A stretch of DNA of 64,000 bases from Clostridiales bacterium (GTDB lineage: Bacteria; Bacillota; Clostridia; Christensenellales; CAG-138), in assembly GCA_019416935.1 (NCBI GenBank), contig DXWI01000002.1, positions 103,618 to 167,617 on the forward strand, written 5' to 3'. Numbering within the stretch: position 1 is the stretch's first letter; every line of letters begins with the position of its first letter. A model generated the notes under the pieces. The model was not told the DNA's origin. It worked only from the letters and a program-made list of their open reading frames with translations, and did no database searches. Shown here one piece after another: positions 54,201 to 61,842 of this stretch. The position numbers and the translations under genes are program-made.

Positions 54201-55563
54201 TGCTTGGCTGCGTTTGATAGAAAGCATAGATGCGATACTTACCATGGGAAAATCCGCTTCCCAAGCACAATTCGTTATCAAAATCCGCTTGAGAGACAGA
54301 AAAGACGGAGGATGTTTTGTCCTCCGTCTTTTCAAGTAGGGAAAGCTGTTCCTTTTCTGTGGGAAAAAGCGAGGTTAGCTGTAGATCACCTCTTTGAGAA
54401 CGATCTCCTCCGCTGTGTGCAGCAGATTGTTCATCAGCCCCACCCATTTCATCTGATCGTGGGCTTTCAGTTCCTCCGTCACTCCCTCGGCTTTCGCCAT
54501 GTGTTTCATGATCTGTTCGACCTGTGTCCTCGCTAATCTGTCCGTCTCCAGAAGATGTTCGTCCAGCTTCCCCGTCAGCAGCAGTTCGTTGTAAGTCCCC
54601 TTGCGGTGCTCTTTGAGAAACGCTTTGCGCATTCTGCCGTATTTCCCGATCAGTTCCGTTGGCTGTTCGTCCATCTCCAGATTCGGAATCAGATAATCTC
54701 CGTTCTGCCTGTATGTCAGTTCCATGTTCACGGCTCCTTTCATGCTTTGTATTTTCATCTATATTTTGCAAAACGTGGTTTTGATTTGCAAGTGTACGAC
54801 TTCTTTCAAACGCAATGCTTCTCACGCTGCGTTCGATCTGCCGCAATACCATCTCGGAAATATCCGCCGTTGCCGCGCCAAGCTGGGAGATTGTTGCAGG
54901 CGTGTTAAAATCCATGACCGCTATGAAATCCTGTTTTTCAAAGTATTCCCGCGGGGAAAGCCCAAGACGTCTCATGACCACATAGGCGGCGCTTTTCTCC
55001 AACATTTCCTCAAACCATACGGAGATATTAAACTCGTCATATTCTTCCAGATTGCTTCCGGAAAGGGATTGCAAAAGCGCACTCTTGTAATCTGCGCTGT
55101 TATCCTGGACTGCATTATGAATCACCCCGTTCAGCTGATCGGAAAAAGGCAGCTCCGCATACTCTTCAATCTCACCGAATCTGTTCGTGAGTTCTTCCAG
55201 AATCCTATCTTTCTGTTCCTCTCCAAGCTGCCAGAGCGCAAACGGAATATTACTCCGCGTATGGGTATCTGATACATCAAAGACGTAACGCAGTCGCGTC
55301 CTATCACCGGAATCATCGATCAAGGCGATTCCTTTCGCGCCTTTGTTCACCCAGCGTTTGAACTGGGGCGAGTTCCATAGTTCGATGGGGGCACAGGCAG
55401 TGGCGTCCGGTCGCTGTGCGTAAATCATGACCTGCTCGTGCCACGGGTACTTGTACAGCCACGCCGCAGAATCTAAAAAGCTTAACCACTCATCGGTAGA
55501 ATGGGTGAGCCTGTTCATGGTATCATGCGATAGCGCAGATACCTTTTGCAGTTTTGTCGCCAA
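48250..55563 (-). CDS. Polyvalent conjugative-element protein: ArdC-N-like domain, low-complexity linker, N6-adenine DNA methyltransferase, SNF2/DEAD-like helicase
   Basis: The frame is open continuously to 55617. The proposed start is the TTG at 55563, 8 nt after a GGAGG that directly follows the upstream stop. MTase motifs VLEPSCGIGNFFG (I) and GNVPFGDY (IV). Helicase motifs GHVVGAGKTFEM (I) and FVDEAHFYKN (II). Confidence 0.8.
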   Translation of the reverse strand: MATKLQKVSALSHDTMNRLTHSTDEWLSFLDSAAWLYKYPWHEQVMIYAQRPDATACAPIELWNSPQFKRWVNKGAKGIALIDDSGDRTRLRYVFDVSDTHTRSNIPFALWQLGEEQKDRILEELTNRFGEIEEYAELPFSDQLNGVIHNAVQDNSADYKSALLQSLSGSNLEEYDEFNISVWFEEMLEKSAAYVVMRRLGLSPREYFEKQDFIAVMDFNTPATISQLGAATADISEMVLRQIERSVRSIAFERSRTLANQNHVLQNIDENTKHERSREHGTDIQAERRLSDSESGDGRTANGTDREIRQNAQSVSQRAPQGDLQRTAADGEAGRTSSGDGQISEDTGRTDHETHGESRGSDGGTESPRSDEMGGADEQSAAHSGGDRSQRGDLQLTSLFPTEKEQLSLLEKTEDKTSSVFSVSQADFDNELCLGSGFSHGKYRIYAFYQTQPSKESAIQFLKKEYGIGGHSHTYLDGSSGFVGHDGKGIEFSDSGFRHKMLFRWNAVHSRISELIALDRYLSEKEKASLPAYEKEEAQRRAVMREEAAAREALQAAAAAMDEKRKDAQYRYSLGDEVQLGAQSYTVLGYDENTVTLSDPKYPLLSEDMPRDVFERRLRENPQNDHLIVENAEQPAKAPQRSEGETPYVYAVGDTVYLEGTAFQITRITDSEVQLLDPALLYPVFRAENRETFHHLLEQDERNAAFYPTMTHRTVTEPNLQEKLPEEESDRFADMELLDKTEALEMFDMGEIVYLCYDDGTEAVAETREEIEAFDGILAIDKFSEESNHEQPSTLETTVAFYPAEKNNLPFDIEIRTLKTAPDQEKPLKHNFHITDDNLGHGGAKAKFRMNMDAINTLQTIELGNRLATPEEQEVLSRYVGWGGIPQAFDEDNAAWASEFMELYTALSPEEYEAARASTLNAHYTSPTVIRAIYKCIENMGFTTGNVLEPSCGIGNFFGLLPESMKNSKLYGVELDPITGRIARQLYQTANIAIEGFEATNLPDSFFDLAIGNVPFGDYGVADKRYDKHRFLIHDYFFAKTLDKVRPGGVVAFITSSGTMDKKNPAVRKYIAERAELLGAIRLPNNAFLANAGTGVVTDILFLQKRDRPVAIEPAWVHLGKTEQGYAINQYFVDNPDMVLGELTEESTQYGKQECTVKPLAGAELSDQLADAISNIHGNITEYDRDQQEEFAEETEESIPADPSVRNFSFTLADGNIYYRENSRMKRIEMSLTAENRVKGMMEIRDCTRRLIEYQMEGYPDEVIEREQKNLNTLYDGYTKQYGLLNSRANRLAFSDDSSYPLLCSLEELDEYGNLKRKADMFTKRTIRQQSTITSVDTASEALALSIGEKAKVDMAYMIELTGKTEEQLFDELKGAIFLNPMHGYGSKEQEKYLPADEYLSGNVREKLEWAKRSMALNSEDYTANVEALTSVQPKDLSASEIDVRLGATWLPVETVQQFIFDLLSPSYYARNKIKVRYSRPTAIWNIENKNADYENVAVNITYGTKRVNAYKIIEETLNLKDVRVFDTVQDINGNEQRVLNKKETILAQQKQQAIKDQFAEWIWKDAARRDLLTKLYNEEFNSIRPREYDGSHIRFVGMNPEITLRQHQTNAVARILYGGNTLLGHVVGAGKTFEMTAAAMESKRLGLCEKSLFVVPNHLTEQWASEFLQLYPAANILVATKRDFETHNRKRFCSRIATGDYDAVIIGHSQFEKIPLSREKQAAILQEQIDEITQGIAQAKQERAERFTIKQMEKLRKNLKLKLEKLSDQSRKDDVITFEELGVDRLFVDEAHFYKNLFLVTKMRNVAGLSQTEAQKSSDLFMKCRYMDELTGGKGVVFATGTPISNSMTEMYTMQRYLQYDLLKAKNLTHFDAWASTFGETVTAIELAPEGTGYRAKTRFSRFYNLPELISMFKEVADIQTADMLNLPVPEAEYINVSLEPSGYQKDMVSALADRAEKVRSGDVDPHIDNMLRITNDGRKLALEQRLVNSMLPDDENSKVNICAANIYSVWERTREQALTQLVFCDLSTPKSANPGESAGNELEAAPIFQDVYTDLKERLMEQGIPKSEIAFIHDAKTEVQKSALFSKVRAGQVRVLIGSTFKMGAGTNVQRKLIALHHLDIPWRPSDIEQREGRMIRQGNENNHVEVYRYVTKGTFDAYMWQTIENKQKFISQIMTSKTPVRSCEDIDEQALSYAEVKALAVDNPYIMEKMTLDVEVARLKLVKANYLSQKYALEDKVLKYFPSEIRYMTERAQDYAADIALYGQNKTDDFPGMTLQDQQYAEKKDAGTELIGICKSMTNPEQREIGMYRGFTLLLHYDTVAKTFRLTMKGMASHTVDLGADVLGNIQRMENALSKLPERLDTCNKSIQELNTQLENAKLEIQKPFQQEQELAEKTKRLATLDALLSIDKREPENLDTLPEEQEEISPLCVGEAR
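54375..54725 (-). CDS. tnpV: TnpV-family protein gene nested out of frame within the polyvalent ORF
   Basis: AAAGGAG lies 8 nt upstream of the ATG at 54725. The 116-aa product MELTYRQNGDYLIPNL...IGKYGRMRKAFLKEHRKGTYNELLLTGKLDEHL...AEGVTEELKAHDQMKWVGLMNN...EIVLKEVIYS follows the TnpV (Tn4451-type) pattern end to end. Confidence 0.65.
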   Translation of the reverse strand: MELTYRQNGDYLIPNLEMDEQPTELIGKYGRMRKAFLKEHRKGTYNELLLTGKLDEHLLETDRLARTQVEQIMKHMAKAEGVTEELKAHDQMKWVGLMNNLLHTAEEIVLKEVIYS

Positions 55564-55576
55564 TTCTATCGCCTCC

Positions 55577-56167
55577 TTATCGTTCAAACTGATTCTGTTT
55601 CTTTTTTTGCTCTTCAAACAGGCGCTCTTTTGCCCAGCCCGGAATACGCTCCGGTTTTATTACGCCGAAAATATCCTCTCGGTTATAACGCATTTCACGG
55701 TTATCGTACACAGCCCTTACATAAACGGCTCTGCCGCGTGCAGATTCGCTGCACCCAAAGCCACTCTCCGCTCTGCAAAGCTGATAGTCCGCTGTCTGTT
55801 TGTCCCTTTGCAGAATTTCAGATCGGATAACAATGAGCTTGCCTGCATAATGTTCGTGTTCGCTGCCGGGAATACAATCATCATAGGAAAGTGTTTCAAA
55901 AATGCCGCGTTCCTGTTGTATGGAAAATGATTTTTCCGCTTCCGTTCGAACACGCTCACCAAACTCCTTCAAGGCTTCTGCATAGCTGTCTGTGGCAATG
56001 CAGTTATGATAATGCTCAATGCCGAAAATGGGGTCAAGACTGCAAAAACCGACCATATATCGTAACTCTGCCTTTTCGTCTGCACCGAACACAATCTCTT
56101 TTCCATTGATCATTAAGGCAGATTCTATTTCATAAGAATCTGCCGTGCGTTTTTCGTTTTGATTCAT
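55577..56167 (-). CDS. Hypothetical ICE protein (196 aa)
   Basis: ORF trimmed to the ATG at 56167, just after the upstream stop. No motif recognised. Confidence 0.5.
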   Translation of the reverse strand: MNQNEKRTADSYEIESALMINGKEIVFGADEKAELRYMVGFCSLDPIFGIEHYHNCIATDSYAEALKEFGERVRTEAEKSFSIQQERGIFETLSYDDCIPGSEHEHYAGKLIVIRSEILQRDKQTADYQLCRAESGFGCSESARGRAVYVRAVYDNREMRYNREDIFGVIKPERIPGWAKERLFEEQKKKQNQFER

Positions 56168-56171
56168 TCTT

Positions 56172-56711
56172 TTACCTTTCCGGCTCATCGCGTCTTTGTG
56201 ATACAAGTCTTTTGCCTTCGTCATCATAGTTCTTTGGGTTTGCCGCAGGACAGCCCCAGCCAAACATACTACCGTAAAGCATTGCCGCTTCCTGCGCCCG
56301 GGAGATATGTAGTCCTTCATTTGCAAAATCTGCCGTCCTACGGTTATACTCCCGTTCTCCCGGTCTGTTCCAATCCGATGGAAAGTAGCCGCTGATCCCT
56401 CGTTTAATATTGATTAGGTCGCCGCTCGACGGTTCTATACTGAGACACAAGGGAGGAATATAGAAGGGCTTGCCTGTTTTTTGTTCTATGTGCTCCGCTT
56501 CCTGCCGGATTCGTTCTTCGTAGTCCCGGTATGCCTTATCTTTTTCGGAAAAGTAATGTCCCCAAAAGAAGTGGTTAGGAGCGTCGGTGCGACATTGCCA
56601 AGTGACATAAGGCTGCGGCGCATTTGGATTTTCGCCAAGTACAAATCCCTGCACGCCTACATGGAATCGTTCGATAATGCTATAACCTTGGTTGTTTGCT
56701 ATGACCTTCAT
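56172..56711 (-). CDS. Hypothetical ICE protein (179 aa)
   Basis: AAAGGAG lies 8 nt upstream of the ATG at 56711. Confidence 0.5.
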   Translation of the reverse strand: MKVIANNQGYSIIERFHVGVQGFVLGENPNAPQPYVTWQCRTDAPNHFFWGHYFSEKDKAYRDYEERIRQEAEHIEQKTGKPFYIPPLCLSIEPSSGDLINIKRGISGYFPSDWNRPGEREYNRRTADFANEGLHISRAQEAAMLYGSMFGWGCPAANPKNYDDEGKRLVSQRRDEPER

Positions 56712-56766
56712 TGCAAAATCTCCTTTCAAATTTTTGTATTAAAAAAGAGCGCCGCAGCGCTCTTTA

Positions 56767-57063
56767 TCATTCAAAGTCATTTTTCGGTTTTATGTGCGGT
56801 ATCTCCAGCCCTGCAAGCGTTAGCTGCATACCTAATTGAAAGCCCTTTTTGAAGTTAAGTACATCGTACTCACGGTCATTTTCATTTTTGATGTATTTTA
56901 TCTGCTCAAATTGAGCTTTTTGCGTTTCATTTAGAGTTTCGCAAAACTTCTGTACTGCGTCATCATATGCGGCAGTTATGCGCTTAAACTCCTTATCAGA
57001 TATGTCAAGCTGCTCCTCCGGTTCGATCAGTCCCAAATATAACTGTTTTAATATCTCCGCCAT
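56767..57063 (-). CDS. Hypothetical small helical protein (98 aa)
   Basis: ORF with GGAGG upstream of the ATG at 57063. Confidence 0.45.
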   Translation of the reverse strand: MAEILKQLYLGLIEPEEQLDISDKEFKRITAAYDDAVQKFCETLNETQKAQFEQIKYIKNENDREYDVLNFKKGFQLGMQLTLAGLEIPHIKPKNDFE

Positions 57064-57119
57064 GTCTTTGCCTCCTGTTTTTTCTAAACAGTAGCATTAC
57101 GGAAAGAAAATGTATAGTG

Positions 57120-57146
57120 TGCGAGGGAGGGCAAAAGCCCTCCCAG
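57120..57146 (-). terminator. Terminator after the adhesin/small-peptide pair
   Basis: Hairpin gggagggc-tttt-gccctccc. Confidence 0.55.
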
Positions 57147-57156
57147 CACAAGTCGT

Positions 57157-57246
57157 TTACTTACGCTTTTTCCTCATGTGCAAAAAAATTGCTCCGCCTA
57201 CGATTACAAGGCAAAGCGTAATCGCCAGTATTGTCTTTATTTCCAT
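57157..57246 (-). CDS. 29-aa single-TM peptide translationally coupled to the adhesin gene
   Basis: MEIKTILAITLCLVIVGGAIFLHMRKKRK. The ATG lies 3 nt after the adhesin TAA, and GGAGGA in the adhesin's last codons serves as the RBS. Too small for the ORF track. Confidence 0.4.
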   Translation of the reverse strand: MEIKTILAITLCLVIVGGAIFLHMRKKRK

Positions 57247-57249
57247 TCC

Positions 57250-60200
57250 TTATTCCTCCTCATTCTTTTTCTTTTTGAGCGCCCTTTTCGCCGCAATTAC
57301 GCGCCAGGCAATTACGCCTACGCCTAGCAGCGTAATGCCAATGGCAATCGGCACGTCGTATTTATCCGAGTCGATCCCCAGCTTGACCGACGGCGTGTTG
57401 GTTATGGTGGTTTCCAAGGGGACTTCAAAGGTGTAATCTTCGGTCAGTATCACTTTGTCGGCTGGATTGGGGAAGAAGCCGTTTGGTACGGTGGATTCCT
57501 CGATGTAGACCTCGGCAGCAAGCGGCAAGCCCAGCACGGTAATCTCACCTTTGTCGTCCACCATGATTTCCGTCACGCTGCCATTATCGTCACGCATATA
57601 CCAGCCGTTTTCGAGTTTCGTAAATCTGAGCGTTTCAAAGCCGAGGAATGCTTTTGTCTTAAAGGTAAATCCCGCGTCTGTAAGCGGCTGTCTGGTTTCT
57701 GCATGTACCTTTCTTACCTTGAGCGCCGTGGGGCTATTGGCAATGTTAGCTCGGTAGGGGTTTCCCGTCCCGTTTTCCCTGGTCACGGTCATGGTAAAGT
57801 TTTCTGCACCCACAAAGCCTACAGGCGTTTCTTCAACAAGCGTGTAGTTTCCGACTTTGAGGTAACGTATCTCCGCTTTACCGTTCTCATCGACAGCGAA
57901 CCTTGTGCTGCCTTCCTTTTCGTCCGGCACAAAATAGCCATTGCCGGTGGATTTCACCTTGACGGGGTTCCCGTCCTCATCTTGCAATGAGAACACAACG
58001 CCGCCCATGGGGCTGCTGTCATAGGCATTCTTTTTCTCAACAAAAACACTGATCGGCTCGTCGGTGATTTCCGTGTAGCCCGTAATATTGCCGTACTCGT
58101 CAATTTCAAAGAAAAACTCTGAAGTATTGACGGCAAATCCGTCCGGGCTGTAGCTTTCTACAAATCTGTACTTCCTGTCTGCGGGCAGCTCGTGAATGAT
58201 CACACAGCCTTCCATATTGGTTTCGCCCTCAAATACAATCTCGCCTGTCACGTCGTCATAGATGGTGATGCCTGCGCCGGGTACTGCTTCGCCCGTGGCC
58301 ACATCGGTCTTTTCAATCGTTACTTCCGTCGGTTCGTCCTCAAAGGTAAACTTCACAACCTCATTGCTGCTTACTTTTAAGGTAAAGTGTACTTCTTCCT
58401 TTGAGAGGCAGAAGCCCTCCGGGGCAACCTTTTCACGCAGGATAAACTCGCGCTGGATGGGGAGCTCGCCGCTTGTGCCTACGCCATTTTCGCCAACTTC
58501 AATCAGCCCGACTACCGATTTTGTCTCCGCGTCCACGATCTCAAACACCGCTCCGGCAAGCGTCCGCTCGGTATCACGGGAGTCCACCTTGATAACCCGG
58601 ATACGCTTTGTAATGAGTTCATTAAAAACAGGGGTTACAGCATGAGCGTCGTCCACGATGATTTCATCGGCTGCGTTTTTACTCGTCACATCAACCGGAT
58701 AGATATTGGAGGACAGCGCATATCCTGCCTTGGGCGCTGCCAGTTCTTTTAGATACATCTCGCAAAGCGGGAGGTCTGCGCTGCTCTGTGCTTTTCCGTC
58801 CTTGCCGGTGGTCAGAATATCAAGCAGTACATTTTCGGGAATCGTTCCAACCGCAGCTTTGGTATATAGCCCAAATACAAATCCTGTGCCGTAATCGGTG
58901 TAGATTGCACCTGTATTCGGATCAAAATGTTCCGCATTCTTTTGCAGCTCCACCGCAGCCTTTTGCCGCTGGTTTTCTCTTGTCAGCGTTTCGGTTACAA
59001 CGGCGGTGTGCTGGTCTGCATAGGAGAGAATCACTTCGTATTCGGCGGTATCGAGAACAAACCCCGATAAGGTCTTTTTCTCTTTTACCACATATTTGCC
59101 GAGGTACAGTTTATCTGATGTTGCCACGCCGCTCTGATCGGTGGTGAGTTCACAAACCTTTTCACCCGCTTTGTGGTACACCTTGCCCGGCACACCGATG
59201 TTCTCGGTGGCAAATACCTCGTATACGACGCCCTTCAAGCCTTTTAATTCATAGGTGGGAATGTACTTTGTTCCGTATTTGGTGTTCTCCGTCGTATAGC
59301 CCGTCAGAATTTCTCCCTTTTTCTCAATGGAGATCGTCCCTTTAACGGGCGTATCCTTCATCGCGACAGTGACGGTTCCGTTCTCTGAATTAGCCTCACT
59401 GACCGTAAACGTGACGGGTTCTCCGTTTAAGAGGTAGGGTTCGGGCGCAGATATTTCGATGAGTTTGAATGTGCCTGTAGGGAGCGTTCCGGGCAGATAC
59501 AGCGTCCCGCTGGAATCCGTTTGAAATTCGGACAGGGTTTGCGGCTGCGGGTAGAGGAGATCGAAAGTGACAGGCTCGCCATTACTGTTCTCAATACGGA
59601 AAGTCGTTCCGGCAACAGGGATCGTGTGACCGCTCTCCGCGTCCTGCTTTACAATCCGCACCATCATCTCAATACTCTTATCCTCTAAGATATACGAGTA
59701 GGTCTTTTCGTTCTCGCAGACAAATACCTCAAACGGCTCTACCAGCTTGTAGCCTTCATTTGCCTCGCTTCTCACCTCAGAAATTACATACAATCCGTAA
59801 GGGAGAAGCGTGGATATGCCGCGTCCGTTTTCTCCGGTTGTAATCGTATCAAAGAGTTCGCCGGAGGATTTTAGGCGCACCTCAAACTGCACACCTGAAA
59901 GCGGTGGTTTTATGTCGGGATCGTCCTCGCTGCTGTCAAGCTCCCTCTCGCCAAACTTGGTGAGTTCAATCTTGCCCTTTATAACCTCGTCTTCCACGGT
60001 GGCGTTTTCCGTCACAACCGAGATATTCTGCCCGCCATAGGAGAGAGTAACAGAAACAGGCGAAGAGTTGAGAAGATAGCCTGTAGGAGCAGGAGAAATT
60101 TCCTGCACAGAATATGTTCCCAAAGGCAATTCCTTTGATGTTACGACGCGGCTTCCGAGAGCATAAAGCGTATACACTACGTTGCCATCCTTATCCCGTA

Positions 60201-61770
60201 TCTCGTACTTTGCACCAAAAAGCGAGGCGTCGCCCTGGGGTGTGCCGCCCGTTTCCGCGTCTGCTTTGGAGACGATGATTTTTCCTGTTTGCGGCGTATT
60301 AGGGATCGTCGCTTCATCGTAGACAATTGCAGTCGTCTGTCCGGCGTAGGAGAGCGTAACGGGATATTCCTGTTTGTTCAGTACAAAACCCGTGCTTGCC
60401 TGCCGTTCCTTTACGACATAGCTTCCCAGCTTGACAGGCGAGGAAATGCCTTTGCCGGACGAATCGATGGTAATGGACGTGACCACTTTTCCGTTCTGAT
60501 ACACGTCAAAGACGCTGCCCGCAAGGGAATACTCTCCCATATCCGGGTTGGCATTGGTTTTTGTCACCCGAATCTGCCCCATGGCTTCTTTGTTGGAAGC
60601 GGTCACCGTCACGGTCTGCGCCGCCTGTACGTTGACGGGATATACGATATCCGAAAGGATATATGGTTCTATCGTTGATATTTCCTTGAGGTAGAAGGTG
60701 GACAGTTCCAGATCGCCCGACACGGCTTTTCCGTTGCTGCCCGTCGTAAGTTTTGCCACTAGATTTTTGCAGGCTGCGTCGCTGTATATGCCAAACACCA
60801 CGCCGGAGAGCAGTTTACCGTCCTCGCTCTTTTTTAAGAGTTCGATTTTCCCGTAAGCGGGTGTGGTCATGCGGAGTACGCCGTCCGTTGCAGGTGCGTA
60901 GTTGCCAGAAGTATAGGTGATGACTTTCTGGTAGTCTCCGTTGTCCGGTGCATACCAGAACAGATTCGCAGTCACGCGGTTGTCATAGCCTGTGGCGTCC
61001 AGTCGTATGCTCTGGTTACCGTATTTTTTGGGTACTTTAATCGTCAGTGTATCGCCGTTCTTTCCGGTAAAGCCTGTGACTACCGTACCCGAGGGAAGAG
61101 AGGATTTATCTATGGTATAACCCCCCGAACAGTTTTGGAGCGTCACCCTCGTGCTACCCATAAAGTATTCTCCCGAAACCGTAAGCTCCATAGACGCGGG
61201 CGAAAACGAAACGCTGTGAGAGATGAGCTGCTGGTTTCGCGCCATCTGTAATAGCTCGTCCGCCCAGTTGAGCAGGCTTTGGTAGCCGGACTTTGCGCGG
61301 ATGAGATTGGGATTTTCCCTTCGGTTGGTAAAATTCCATTGGGAGTCCGCGCCTTCCTCGGACAGCCAGAACCGCAGTGCGTTTGCCGTAGCCTGCCGCG
61401 CCTGGTCTGCTGTAAATCCGTTTGTCGTGCAGGGATAGCCGTTCTCCAAAATGATTTGGATGCCGCGCACAGTACGAGTGGAGTAGCTGTTAAGCGGGTC
61501 GATCTCACTGTAACCTACGCCGTGGGGGTTGCCGAGTTTGTGCTGGATACAGTAGGCGATCTGTCCTGTCTCCAATATGGTATGTTTGGGTGTGTTTAGG
61601 TCAACCCACTTGCCATCGGCATTGTAATACTCAAAATAGTCAAAGCCTTCTGAGTTAAACTGCGAGTCGATGGTCACTCTTGTGGCTGCCGAGGCTGTCA
61701 TGGGCAAAAGGGACAGTACCGCAAGCAGGCACAAAAACAGCGCCACAGGGCGCTTCAGTCGTTGCTTCAT
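57250..61770 (-). CDS. Giant surface adhesin: signal peptide, N-terminal thioester-like domain, at least 11 Cna-B/SpaA-type repeats, C-terminal TM anchor
   Basis: Signal peptide MKQRLKRPVALFLCLLAVLSLLPMTASA. A YCIQ motif occurs in the N-terminal domain. The G-x-Y-x-[LVI]-x-E...P-x-G[YF] module recurs (LGTYSVQEISPAPTGY, GKYVVKEKKTLSGF, GNYTLVEETPVGF and others). C-terminus IAIGITLLGVGVIAWRVIAAKRALKKKK. Confidence 0.8.
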   Translation of the reverse strand: MKQRLKRPVALFLCLLAVLSLLPMTASAATRVTIDSQFNSEGFDYFEYYNADGKWVDLNTPKHTILETGQIAYCIQHKLGNPHGVGYSEIDPLNSYSTRTVRGIQIILENGYPCTTNGFTADQARQATANALRFWLSEEGADSQWNFTNRRENPNLIRAKSGYQSLLNWADELLQMARNQQLISHSVSFSPASMELTVSGEYFMGSTRVTLQNCSGGYTIDKSSLPSGTVVTGFTGKNGDTLTIKVPKKYGNQSIRLDATGYDNRVTANLFWYAPDNGDYQKVITYTSGNYAPATDGVLRMTTPAYGKIELLKKSEDGKLLSGVVFGIYSDAACKNLVAKLTTGSNGKAVSGDLELSTFYLKEISTIEPYILSDIVYPVNVQAAQTVTVTASNKEAMGQIRVTKTNANPDMGEYSLAGSVFDVYQNGKVVTSITIDSSGKGISSPVKLGSYVVKERQASTGFVLNKQEYPVTLSYAGQTTAIVYDEATIPNTPQTGKIIVSKADAETGGTPQGDASLFGAKYEIRDKDGNVVYTLYALGSRVVTSKELPLGTYSVQEISPAPTGYLLNSSPVSVTLSYGGQNISVVTENATVEDEVIKGKIELTKFGERELDSSEDDPDIKPPLSGVQFEVRLKSSGELFDTITTGENGRGISTLLPYGLYVISEVRSEANEGYKLVEPFEVFVCENEKTYSYILEDKSIEMMVRIVKQDAESGHTIPVAGTTFRIENSNGEPVTFDLLYPQPQTLSEFQTDSSGTLYLPGTLPTGTFKLIEISAPEPYLLNGEPVTFTVSEANSENGTVTVAMKDTPVKGTISIEKKGEILTGYTTENTKYGTKYIPTYELKGLKGVVYEVFATENIGVPGKVYHKAGEKVCELTTDQSGVATSDKLYLGKYVVKEKKTLSGFVLDTAEYEVILSYADQHTAVVTETLTRENQRQKAAVELQKNAEHFDPNTGAIYTDYGTGFVFGLYTKAAVGTIPENVLLDILTTGKDGKAQSSADLPLCEMYLKELAAPKAGYALSSNIYPVDVTSKNAADEIIVDDAHAVTPVFNELITKRIRVIKVDSRDTERTLAGAVFEIVDAETKSVVGLIEVGENGVGTSGELPIQREFILREKVAPEGFCLSKEEVHFTLKVSSNEVVKFTFEDEPTEVTIEKTDVATGEAVPGAGITIYDDVTGEIVFEGETNMEGCVIIHELPADRKYRFVESYSPDGFAVNTSEFFFEIDEYGNITGYTEITDEPISVFVEKKNAYDSSPMGGVVFSLQDEDGNPVKVKSTGNGYFVPDEKEGSTRFAVDENGKAEIRYLKVGNYTLVEETPVGFVGAENFTMTVTRENGTGNPYRANIANSPTALKVRKVHAETRQPLTDAGFTFKTKAFLGFETLRFTKLENGWYMRDDNGSVTEIMVDDKGEITVLGLPLAAEVYIEESTVPNGFFPNPADKVILTEDYTFEVPLETTITNTPSVKLGIDSDKYDVPIAIGITLLGVGVIAWRVIAAKRALKKKKNEEE

Positions 61771-61842
61771 TTGTGAAACCTCCTTTGTTTTTTGCATAAG
61801 AAAAGCGCCGGATTGCTCCGACGCTTCTTTTGTTCATAGTTG

